Positions 49,171 to 60,274 of a stretch of 64,000 nt of DNA are shown in pieces. The stretch is from assembly GCF_009914755.1 (NCBI RefSeq), contig NC_060929.1; one strand, written 5' to 3'. The DNA comes from the human T2T-CHM13v2.0 reference genome, Homo sapiens. Within the stretch, counting starts at the first letter, position 1. The number at the start of each line of letters is the position of its first letter. A model generated the notes under the pieces. That model saw only the letters and a list, made by a program, of their open reading frames with translations. It did no database searches and was not told where the DNA came from. Made by a program: the position numbers and the translations under genes.

Positions 49171-52100
49171 TAGAACAAAACATAAATTGCTTACCATGGC
49201 TTTTAAAGTCTTATTTAATCTCTTCAATTCTCCAAACTCATCTCCCTTTCCTCTCCCTCTTGTTCTGTTGGCTCCAGCACAATGGCCCTCTTCCTGATCC
49301 TTGAGCATGCAAACCCATTTCCATTTTGAGGAGCAGCCCTAACTGTTCTGTCTGCCTAGAAGACTCTTCCTAAAGATTGCCTTATGGCTGGTTCCTTCTT
49401 CCCATTCAGGTCTTCTCAACTCAAAGGTTTGTTTGCCTGACTCACCCAAGCCCTTTGGCCCCTCTCCACCACATAACCATCCCCCACTCATAGCAGTTAT
49501 CAAAATCTCTCTGATCAGGAAGAGTTACCACTTATTCACAAATGATGCAGTCATTTCCTTCGGCAATGAAACTGGCCGGTTATGTATAATGTGCTCTTTG
49601 GAGAAAAAGGAGGTTATAAATGTGAAATGAAATGTAACAGAGTACCTATCTACCATATTGTGAAGTTTACAACCCCTTAGAATATGACATCCATTTCCAG
49701 AGCCTTCTATTTACCACCAGACTTGGTTCTGAATTTTAAAAGACTCAGTTGCAAGTGCATGCAAAAGTTTCTACACTGCTCAGGAAGATGCAAGAGCAGA
49801 AAAAATGGATAAATTACCCTTCTAACAGAAAGAAAACAAAGTCTGAAAAAATCATAGAGAAGAGCTTCTAGGTTCTTCATATTTGTAATTTACTAGAACT
49901 TAGAGGCTAAGCCCCATGAGTGGGTCAGACTTTCATTGTCTTATTTGTTAGATTTTTAAAAAATTGTTTGAGAAATATAATAAATTCTAGAAAAATATAC
50001 ATGGGAAGAAACAGAGTGGGGTGGTATTTGCTGTAAGTATTTTGTTTTGTTTGTGAAGTGATGAATAGTAAGGGGACAGCAAGTCTGAAAAGCCCCTCTG
50101 GGCTAATGTGTTAAAATATGTCAAGGTCAAATCATGTCAAAAGCTGACATAATCTTTCACTCCAGTTCACCCCAAATGGCTTAAACCAGACAGAAGACAT
50201 GGGCCTTGGAATATGAGGTGTCCACCACCACTGCCACCCTCACCAACAATCCACCCTCTTCAACTCCCACACAGGAATTCACTAGGTCAAAATATCTTGA
50301 TTCCCCAGGCTGGCAACTTTCAGTAGTGCTGTGTTTAAGGCTACAGGACAAGCAAAAAACAAAGCCAAAAACAAAAAACAAAACCCCACAGATGATAGTG
50401 AAATAAAGAGGTAACTGTATAAGTTCCTCTTAAACCTACTTTTTGGTGATACATTACCAGAGGCTGGGAAAGGAAGGAGCTTTAAAAAAAGAGAGCTGTT
50501 TAGTTTCTCCTTCGTAAGGAATGCCTACCACCTCTGGCCCCCCAAGGAAGAGAAAGGATTGTGTTTGTGTGAAGAAGGCTTTATCTGCCCTACATCCAAC
50601 TGAGATGGCCGCTCAGTTTGGCCTGCTGGAAGGAACTCAATGAAGCAAGAGCGACAAGATGACTGATCTTTGTCCCCAAGCCTCTCCACCCCTAGCCCAC
50701 CAGGTGAACACACTCTCCCTCCATTTCCAAAGGTTCAACCATGAATGAGTCATCACTGTTATTTCCAACTTGGTGCATTTTTTTCCTTTTCAAATTCAAG
50801 AGACCCATCAATTATTTAGGACTCCATGATGATCTCAGGCACTGACACCTCCCTCGGTCTTTATGGCTTTTCTGAAGGGAAACCATCTGGCCTTCCTTAA
50901 CTTGTTCGTCCCTGGGCTTCTCTCCCTGCTCGTTAAGGTGTGGCGGCCACGGAGAGAGCCAAAACCATCAATATTTCACAGCCGTAATTAAAGTAAGCTG
51001 AGAGCTGTCAGCCTCTTGCAACTGACTCCCTTTTCCAAAACAAGCACGTGGCATCTTGAGCAGGGGGCACAGAGGGAGAAATGGGCCGTTTGGCTAAAAT
51101 TGGGGTGGAGGAGTGAGAGAGCCCAGCATTTCATTTAACAGGACCTCCTGTGGTTATAAACCTGCCAGACTGGAGCAGCAAATTCCTTGGCCCTGCAGGG
51201 CTGGCAGAGAAGGGGGGCTGGCCTCTCAGGCTCTCTTTTGACAACTCTTGAAAGGGATTAGAAGTTGGGCAATGGGGAACTGCTGCAGCTGATCTGCATC
51301 TACCAGTCTAGTGGGAATTAATCCTGGGACCTCAGCAAATGCTTCCCAAATCAAGGGGCAGGGAATGGGTGGATGAATTATGGTGCCCATCTCTTCGAGA
51401 CTGTCTGCCCCATCTCACGTGGTCCCCTAGTACCAAGACCCACGCCACCATCCAGCCAGGCAGGCAGGGGAGCCGGGAGGCCTGTGATTTATACATCTAT
51501 TAATTACCTCCAGCATGGAAGAACTGCCTATAAATACAGTGGCACTTTAGATAAAACTTTCATGCAGCTATTTAGATCCTTTAAAATATAAATGATTTCC
51601 TCTAAATTTTTTATCATAAATCAGGGCATGGAGCTAGGCGACAAGACGCCGATTTCCCCCCGATGCGAGCAAAGCCTTCACTTGTTTTCTCTTTTTCTTT
51701 TTCTTTTCTACCTTTCTTTTTCTTCTTCTTTTATTTTTTATTTTTATTTTGATTTTGATTTTACAGAGGCTGGTTAATGGCTCTGCTTCTCTTTGCTGAG
51801 TCCAGGGCTTAAGGGGGAGGTCAACAAGTGGCAAGAAGTTTTGCTTCTTTTTCCTGGAGACTGTGTACTATGTGGCAAAAGCCTGTGGTCTCTGATCAGC
51901 AGACCTGAGTTCAGATTCTATCCCTACCACTTATTCAGTGTGACATCTTGGAGCTCACTTCACTTCTCTGAGCCTTAGTTCTTCCCTCTGTAAAAAAAAA
52001 AAGGGAGTAACAGTACCTACCTTATAGATAGGGTTCTGTGAAAATTAACTGACAGAATGTACAGAACCAGCACCTGAATAAGAGCTCATGAAGCAATGAG

Positions 52101-54169
52101 GTGTGTACTGGTAGACAAGTCACTTCACCTCTCTGAGCTTCAGTTTCCTTATCTACAAAGAAAGGCTGAGGGGGTAATGTTCACTTCTAGGGAGTTATTG
52201 CGAGGGCTGAATAAGACAACAGCAGACTCTCCACTTCTTTCAGCAAGAATCATGTGGAACTCATTCATCACTGTATGTCCAGACCTAGAATGTGCTAGAC
52301 ATAGAGGAGGTCAGTGAGTATTTGATGAATACATGAGGCAAGAGAGCTTTACTTGTAGAAGACCTTGCAGAACCATCAGAACTTGATTTCCATTTATGAT
52401 GATGGGTTTGGCTTCCATCCTCTTTCCCAGATCCACACTTAGAATGTTGACTTACCTCCACCAGAGGGGACGATGGAGCCTGTCTCCCTAACCCTCTTGT
52501 AGTGATAAGGAAACTGAGACTCAGAGCCCATGAGTGACTTGTCTAGGGTCACCCAGCAGGTTAGCCATGTACCCATATTTGAATCCACACCTCCAGTGCT
52601 CTGTCCACCACCTCTTAACATTCAAGCCGGCTGGGTAAGAGAAATGGCTTAATTCTTTGGCCATGGAAGAGATGAAAACCCACTAGGTCACATGGGGAAT
52701 TGACCTTACGGCTTTGAACTTTAAGATGTCTCTGAATTGCAGAAGAGGAGAGCAAAACCAGTTCTCATCTTCCAGGATGGACTCATTGAGTCCAGATAGC
52801 ACAGAGCTAGCCAAGCTGCTGATGACACAGATATTCTCAAGTCTAGAGCTCAAAGATGAACACACAGCAGGACCTATGGGTGGAGGGGGGAGAATAAAAC
52901 AGCCAAGCACTGAATGTAGGAAATGATTAGAAATAGTCTCCTCAGCAACGGCACCTCAGATCCAAACAATTGATCCTGATTCTCCATGAAGCGGTAGAAT
53001 AAATCCAGAAAAGTTGGGAACCTTTTTCTTCCACTCTGGATCTTGACAACCCAATTCCTGCACAGCCATCAGAAAGCTCCCAGTTCACTCACTACACTCC
53101 AGCCATTCGAGCCTTCTTGCTCTTCCTTGAACTTCCTGAGCTGGCTCCCACCTCAGGGCTTTTGCCTGTGTTGTTCATTATGTCTTCCATTTTATCCTTC
53201 AGGCCTTGGCTCAAAGGTCACTCCTTCCTTTTCTACTCATATATTCTCGATTCCAGCGCTCTGGTTTATCTTCTCTGTAGCAATTATCACTATCCAAGGC
53301 TATCTTTTTTATTCCTTACCTTCTGCAGAAGCCTCAGCTCCATGGGGGTATGAGGGGCTGAGGTGAGTGGGAGGTGGGAGTGAAGTGAGTGGAGTGAGGG
53401 GTTGTCTGTCTTGTTTATAGCTAAATTCCTATCTCCTATCATGGTGGCTGCCTTATAGTTGCCCAATAAATATATGTTCAGTGAAAGAATGTAACTGGGA
53501 AGGTGTATCAGAGATCCCTCGGCTGGGTCCACTCATTTTTTCAGATGGGGAAACTGAGGAGGCAAGAACCTGTTTGGAGTCCTACTGCCTGAGTCCCAGG
53601 GCTGTGTCCATGGCGGGGCATCTAGGGGGAAGGGGAGGGCTCCTGGCACGTGCCGAGCCCTCACGGACGCTCGGCCTCTGGCCCCTGAATCCCTCTGGGC
53701 GTCTCGGATCCTCTGAGCCACTTTGCAGACAATGCAAGGCAGCGGCCAACAGACGAGTCCCGCAGCAGCTGCGCAGGCGGCGAGTACATGTGAGAAGTTT
53801 GTGAAAGGCGACCAGAGAAAGGGAGAGGAAGGCAAGTCAGGCGGCTGCGAACACCTGGCCAGGCAGCCCCGCCAGCTGCCTCGCTGCGCGATGGCATCTT
53901 GAGTTCGGGCCCTCCTATCGGGGCCATATCCCATTCCACCCTCCCTGCCCCTTTTCCAACTCTCCAATGTGGGGCTTGGGAATGAAGGTGGGTGGGGGTA
54001 GCTGCTGGCTTCTCCAAGTGCAACCTGTGCCCGGAAGCATGCCTGGAGCCTGGCCAGCCTCCGGAAGCAAGAAGAGAAGTAAAACCTGCTCACCCTACTC
54101 CCTCGGACCCTGGGCTTGGGAGATGGGATAACTAGTGCCAGCCCAGGATGTTAGTTAGGACTAACCTGA

Positions 54170-54385
54170 GCTCCAGAATCAGATAAACCAAGGCTCCCTT
54201 CCCCATGCTACTACTGCCTAACTGTGTGGCCTTGGGCAACTTACTTAGTCTTTCTATGCCTCCTTTTTTTCATCTGTAAAATGGGGATAATGATATCAAC
54301 CTCACAGGCTTGATTTGGAGACTCAGTGTACAACACTTCCAAAGCATCTAGCTCAGAGCCTTGTACATAGGAACCACTCCATAAA
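54170..54385 (+). mobile_element. MIR SINE
   Basis: ctgtgtggccttgggcaacttactt...catctgtaaaatggggataat. Confidence 0.75.
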
Positions 54386-54649
54386 TGGCCCTTCTTGTCA
54401 CCATCATCATGGACACCCCCCTGGCCAGAGTTCATTAATTCAACATGAATTACATCAAGCTCTTAATGTTGCCTGGCCTGTAGACATGGGCACTGGAAAC
54501 ACAGACAGTTCTTCAAGGAGCAGAGATCATAAAACACCACGTTCTTACTAAGAGATAATAAGGGAAGATGCAAAAGACATTGGAAGCTCAAAGAAGGAAA
54601 ACTCTCTTTGAGTCTCCATGAAGCTTACATAATTAGGGCAGGATTTTAA

Positions 54650-54682
<33 letters not shown>
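54650..54682. repeat. (AAT)11 microsatellite
   Basis: Read directly from sequence. Confidence 0.95.
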
Positions 54683-55182
54683 CCAAGTGACAAGGGTATA
54701 GACTAAGTTTTTCAAGTTCAGAGTCCCAGATCCTCTGCATCCAAAATCATGGATGTCTATTAAAAAGCACGTTAGTTTTTGAGGTCAGCATCTCTGGGTG
54801 TGGGCCTGTGGTGCTGTATTTTAAGAGGTTGCAGATGATTCCTACACATACTAAAATTGAGAACCGCTGGCACACAGGAAAATGCATCTGCCCCCAGGCC
54901 CCTACCCCCTTTGCATCTCTACAAGGCTAGTCCTTCTGGAGGATATGGTGCTTTGTGCCCTGACTTCACCTTACATGTGGCAAATCTATGTCCCTACTAG
55001 ACTCTGAGCTCCTGAAGCAGTGTCTTCTGTATCTTCAAGGCCTTCCACAAGACTCTGCTGTTAGTAGGTATTTGGAAATGCTTATCGAATGGGGAAAATT
55101 CTTCCTTCAATGCCACTTGCATAAATGCCCACATAGTCCTTACATGGACCTTCACATATTTTGTTTGGCCCATAAATGGTAT

Positions 55183-55184
<2 letters not shown>

Positions 55185-55223
<39 letters not shown>
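55185..55223. repeat. (GT)19 microsatellite, followed by a G11 run at 55248-55258
   Basis: Read directly from sequence. Confidence 0.97.
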
Positions 55224-55224
<1 letters not shown>

Positions 55225-58111
55225 TTGTAATTTAATGCCATGGTGGTGGGGGGGGGGGTGGGTAAGTGCTCTCTAGTTTACCACAGTTTCAATCTTTCCT
55301 TTTATCCACCCAGATAAAGTTGCTCAATTTTATTTTACTAGTTTTGCACCTTATAGAATTTAAGTTTACAAATTCTGGAAAGCATAGAGGCTGTTACAAA
55401 TTGCCGTCTAAGGCTGTCCTTCCAATTGCTTTTTCTATGGTCTTTTCCCTCTTTTCTTCTCCAGTCTCCAGTCTGTTATCTCCAAGGCCTTCTCAAAAAG
55501 ACTGGTCCTTAAGGATGGGTGTTGTCTTACCGCTGGCTGCCTAGAACTGCCAGTAGACCTTCTTAGAGGGGAAGATGGGAAAAACCCTAAAACACATGGG
55601 ACCAGACACAGGTGTGTTTCTTGATGTGTGATCCTAATGCCTGGGGATGCTGGAGTAGGGGCTGGTAAGGTGAAGGTCAACATTGGAGGCATGTGAGGAC
55701 CAGTTAGTTTTGCTCTGTTTCTGACTCATGCCTGACCTCTATGCTGGCCAGTATCTCCCAGACCCCTGAGAGGACAGAGCAGAAAAAGAGAATGGATATG
55801 AATCCTTTCTCTCCCAGTTTCTAGGGGTTCAGCTTCACAGACAACTAGGGTATTATGGAATGATTATGGGTCTCAGGGCATCATGGGACCAGGCAAAATA
55901 CAGACCAGTGTATCCCTGTGTTTCATTCCCCTTTTCCCTTTGGGCTTCCAGCATTGGGAAGAAAACAAAGACTGGTCTTAAATCCTAGTGAGTGATAAAA
56001 TACTGCATTCAGCTCTGGGGAGTTGAGTGTCTCTGGAGATAAATTCCTGACATGCTCAAAGTATGTTTCATTCAAATTAACCAGAATGATAGTCTTGTTA
56101 AAGCTGGAAGTCTTGTTAAAGCTTAGCAATCATCTTATACAGCCCACTCCTTGTAGGTAAACTGAGGTCCAGTCAGGGTCACCCATACTCCGTGTCAGAA
56201 TGCAGCCCCAAATCCAGCCCTCCTGCAGCCCATAGTTCTGATGTGTATTCTGCACTTCTAGAATCCTGCCACCCTTATGCTCTGTGTCTTGTTCATGAAT
56301 CTACCTCCCTTCTACTGCTTGGCAAGTTTAGAGTTAACTTTCTGAAGTGAATATTAGACTGGTGACTCCTTGAGTGCCAGGATGGATTCTGATTCACATC
56401 TGTGTCCCAGCCTTTGGCATGGGGTCTGGCACAATGCAGATGTTGGGTGAATGGAGAGCAAGGATCCACAGTATGCACGTGCAGACAAACCGGGTTCCAG
56501 GAGGATGACTTGGCCCACCCCCACTCTCACATGCTTTCTCTTTAAGTTGAGGAAGAAGAGAGGAACATGTATTCAATGATATCAATGCGCCAGGCACTGT
56601 GCCATGTGCTTATCCCAGTGCATTCCTCACAACAATCAATGGGAAATAAATGATCACCCCCATTTTACAGATGGGGACACCGCAGTACAGAGAAGTTGAG
56701 AATATCTCGTGGTCTCAGCCAGCAAGAGGCAGAGGCGCATTTTGAATCTGAGGCCAGGGCCTGAGCGCTATGGCACCAGGTTGTGAGGGAGTTTACTGAG
56801 CACCAATTTCGTGGCTCAATGCTTTTCTTCTTACCCTAACTCTGAACGTCTTCACCAGAATCCAAGGAGGCAGACAGTAGTGCAATTCCATTTAAGAGCC
56901 GCCGAAACCGAGGCTCAGAGGGCTTTAGCGAAAGGGTTGCGCTTGGCTCTAGGCACCTGGGCTGAGTCTTTTTCCCACCATCGCAGGGCGGGAACCAGCG
57001 GAGGGGGCTGGCTCGGATGGGGAGAAAAGCAACTGGAGGGCGCCGAGGGGAAGAGGGAGCCCGGATCTGTCAGGGCGTCCTCTTGGACTAAGGGATGTTC
57101 CCCTAAACCACACCACCCCACCTCGTTCAGATTCTGGGAAACCCGGCACGCACATACCCTGCACAATAACAGGCAGGGTGAGCTCTCTAAGCCCCGAAGA
57201 TCGCTCTCTCAGCGGAGGCAGTGGCCCTGACGAGGGGGTACAGCTGCACGCGCGGGGTTTCTCTCCGAACCGGAGTGCAGCGTAGTCGAGGTCCAGGATT
57301 CCCCATCCATTATTCACGATGTTTACTAGAGCGGGGCAAGGGAGAGGAAAGAAGAGGGAAGTAGAGAGAAAAAGAGGCTAGGGGAGGTGGAGGCGGGCAG
57401 TGCTAACCTCGAGAGCCCTCAAGTTCCGAAACTTTGAGAAGGAAGACCAAGAGGCTAAGGCGCCTGGGAAGCAGCAGGCCGTCAGTAAATATTTGTAAGA
57501 TGGATGGATAACTGGGTGAGTGAGTGAATGGGCTAATCATTAGCCCCTCTGATCCTTGTTTTCCTCATCTGTAAAACGGGATAACATCACCTACTCCATA
57601 CGGTGGGTATGAGAATCCCATGGGCAAACTCTAAATTGTCTAGCACATATTAGGAACTCTTAAACGGTAGCTGTTGTCACGAGGAATGGGCTTGCAAGCT
57701 CTGGCTGCCCAGCAGAAATGCACTGAAGGACTCCCAGGCCTGGAGGGCCATCCTGAACAGTCGCTATTCTAAAAAAAATACTCCACAAGCTTCCTTAGAC
57801 GGGAGGGTTGGAGGAAGAGTGGGCCAAGTTACATCCCTCAAATGAAAGAAAGAAAGGCAAGCGTGGGGAGGAAGCCACCCCGGACTGAGAAGGCAGTTAC
57901 TGCCCCTACCTCTACCCCGGAGCGCGGTTGAGGGAGGTGGGGCAGGGGTCACCTGGGCCTCGTTCTGGCAGCCCCTCACCCTCTCCAGGGCCCGTCTGGG
58001 CGCTTGGAGGCGCCTCCTCGCTGCGCCGCGGGACCGGACTCTGGTGGACAGCTTGGGCGTGAGGCCAGGAGCGCCCTGGAAATGGGCAGTTTGGCGGCAG
58101 CCGGGCCGACG

Positions 58112-58113
<2 letters not shown>

Positions 58114-58154
<41 letters not shown>
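58114..58154. repeat. (GT)20 microsatellite in POU4F3 proximal promoter
   Basis: Read directly from sequence. Confidence 0.97.
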
Positions 58155-58155
<1 letters not shown>

Positions 58156-58334
58156 TGGAGAGGGGAAGTTGGAGTAGGGTCAACTTCCTGCCCCAGCTCA
58201 GCCCAGGGCTACCCTTTTATCCAGGCAGTTCGAGCTGGGACAGGACGGAGAGGTTGGGACTTTTGGGGTGGCATGGGGGAAGGGAAGTCCACGAAGAAGA
58301 AAGAATCGGAAAGGTCTGGCGGGTTGGAGCCAGC

Positions 58335-58380
58335 GGGGCGGGGCGGACTGGGAGAGGCCAGGCCAGGCCCGGGTATAAAG
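58335..58380 (+). promoter_or_regulatory. POU4F3: POU4F3 core promoter: tandem GC boxes and TATA box
   Basis: GGGGCGGGGCGG at 58335-58346 and TATAAAG at 58374-58380, inside a CpG island about 300 bp upstream of the ATG. Standard TATA spacing predicts a TSS near 58404. Confidence 0.8.
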
Positions 58381-58677
58381 GCTGTGGAGGGGGCGGCCGC
58401 CGCGGGCGCAGAAAGGCGCGCCGCTAGCTGCTGTCTCTCCTCACCTCCCGGGCCGCCCCTGCGAGTCCCCGGCGCGTGAGCACGCCTGCGCGCGCCCGGG
58501 CCCTTCCTGGCAGGCTGCTTGTAAGATGAGTGAAGAAGCAGGTGGGGGAGAGGGGAGGCAGCGAGCGAGAGGGCGAGGGGAGCGCGGGCGCTGAGCAGCG
58601 CTCACTTGGAGAGCGGCAAGCAAGCTAGACAAGCCTGATTCCATGTCACCCGCTGCCACCCTGCCAGGAGCGCGAAG

Positions 58678-58797
58678 ATGATGGCCATGAACTCCAAGCA
58701 GCCTTTCGGCATGCACCCGGTGCTGCAAGAACCCAAATTCTCCAGTCTGCACTCTGGCTCCGAGGCCATGCGCCGAGTCTGTCTCCCAGCCCCGCAG
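58678..58797 (+). CDS. POU4F3: POU4F3 (Brn-3c) exon 1 CDS, MMAMNSKQPFGMHPVLQEPKFSSLHSGSEAMRRVCLPAPQ
   Basis: ATG at 58678, 40 codons, CAG|GTACGT donor at 58798. The N-terminus is typical of POU-IV proteins. Confidence 0.97.
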
Positions 58798-59112
58798 GTA
58801 CGTAGTGGAGCATAATTACCGCTCTAAGGCACATTTTTTGACAGGCACTAGCTTCATGTTTTTTTCATGTCGCCCAGAACAATCGCCGCTGTCTGAACCC
58901 CTCTCCTTGTCTCCCCCGCGTTCTCTCCCGGCGCGCTCTCTCTCTCATTCATGTCTCTGATCCACACGTCTGTTCCAGCAGAGCCGCTGCCTCCGTATTA
59001 ATTTTTATGACCTGGGCTTTGAGGAGAGGCATCTCGGTTGCTTGAAAATGTGTTTTAATCCTGTGTTGACAGTATTCCCTACTGACCGTGCTGTGCGCCT
59101 TCTCGCTTGCAG

Positions 59113-60009
59113 CTGCAGGGTAATATATTTGGAAGCTTTGATGAGAGCCTGCTGGCACGCGCCGAAGCTCTGGCGGCGGTGGATATCGTCTCCCACGGCA
59201 AGAACCATCCGTTCAAGCCCGACGCCACCTACCATACCATGAGCAGCGTGCCCTGCACGTCCACTTCGTCCACCGTGCCCATCTCCCACCCAGCTGCGCT
59301 CACCTCACACCCTCACCACGCCGTGCACCAGGGCCTCGAAGGCGACCTGCTGGAGCACATCTCGCCCACGCTGAGTGTGAGCGGCCTGGGCGCTCCGGAA
59401 CACTCGGTGATGCCCGCACAGATCCATCCACACCACCTGGGCGCCATGGGCCACCTGCACCAGGCCATGGGCATGAGTCACCCGCACACCGTGGCCCCTC
59501 ATAGCGCCATGCCTGCATGCCTCAGCGACGTGGAGTCAGACCCGCGCGAGCTGGAAGCCTTCGCCGAGCGCTTCAAGCAGCGGCGCATCAAGCTGGGGGT
59601 GACCCAGGCGGACGTGGGCGCGGCTCTGGCTAATCTCAAGATCCCCGGCGTGGGCTCGCTGAGCCAAAGCACCATCTGCAGGTTCGAGTCTCTCACTCTC
59701 TCGCACAACAACATGATCGCTCTCAAGCCGGTGCTCCAGGCCTGGTTGGAGGAGGCCGAGGCCGCCTACCGAGAGAAGAACAGCAAGCCAGAGCTCTTCA
59801 ACGGCAGCGAACGGAAGCGCAAACGCACGTCCATCGCGGCGCCGGAGAAGCGTTCACTCGAGGCCTATTTCGCTATCCAGCCACGTCCTTCATCTGAGAA
59901 GATCGCGGCCATCGCTGAGAAACTGGACCTTAAAAAGAACGTGGTGAGAGTCTGGTTCTGCAACCAGAGACAGAAACAGAAACGAATGAAGTATTCGGCT
60001 GTCCACTGA
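59113..60009 (+). CDS. POU4F3: POU4F3 exon 2 CDS: POU-IV box, POU-specific domain and POU homeodomain; spliced protein 338 aa
   Basis: ttgcAG acceptor at 59111-59112. Contains DPRELEAFAERFKQRRIKLGVTQADVG (POU-specific) and RKRTSI...VVRVWFCNQRQKQKRMKYSAVH* (homeodomain). 40+298=338 aa. Confidence 0.98.
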   Translation: MQGNIFGSFDESLLARAEALAAVDIVSHGKNHPFKPDATYHTMSSVPCTSTSSTVPISHPAALTSHPHHAVHQGLEGDLLEHISPTLSVSGLGAPEHSVMPAQIHPHHLGAMGHLHQAMGMSHPHTVAPHSAMPACLSDVESDPRELEAFAERFKQRRIKLGVTQADVGAALANLKIPGVGSLSQSTICRFESLTLSHNNMIALKPVLQAWLEEAEAAYREKNSKPELFNGSERKRKRTSIAAPEKRSLEAYFAIQPRPSSEKIAAIAEKLDLKKNVVRVWFCNQRQKQKRMKYSAVH

Positions 60010-60253
60010 TTGCGGCAGGGCGCAGCGTCGGGAGCCGGGAGAGCCTAGTGCTCATCCCTCCCGGGTTCGGGGGATGGTTATCGGGAACTCCAAGGCGTTT
60101 CCTAGGCAGGTTAGGCTCTCTCCTCCGAAGCCACAGACTTTCCCCCTTTGTCCCGCCTGGTTGCCTCCGGCCTTCTCTCTCTTTCCTTTCTATTCCCACC
60201 AAAAAAATTTTGGCGCTGGGAAAATATTGCAGAAGGGCGGGCCTGAGTGTACT

Positions 60254-60274
60254 TGTGCTGTCCGTGGTGCTGAA
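60254..60274 (-). promoter_or_regulatory. RE1/NRSE (REST-binding) element in POU4F3 3'UTR
   Basis: The minus strand reads TTCAGCACCACGGACAGCACA versus consensus TTCAGCACCACGGACAGCGCC (19/21; first 18 identical). Confidence 0.85.

Noticed and set aside
53533-54093. 186-aa minus-strand ORF and other ORFs in GC-rich DNA around POU4F3
   Set aside because: No recognisable domain. Long ORFs are expected in GC-rich or antisense-to-CDS sequence.
59107-59112. ORF-track start for the 300-aa POU ORF
   Set aside because: The TTG lies in the intron acceptor. The real protein starts at 58678 and is spliced.
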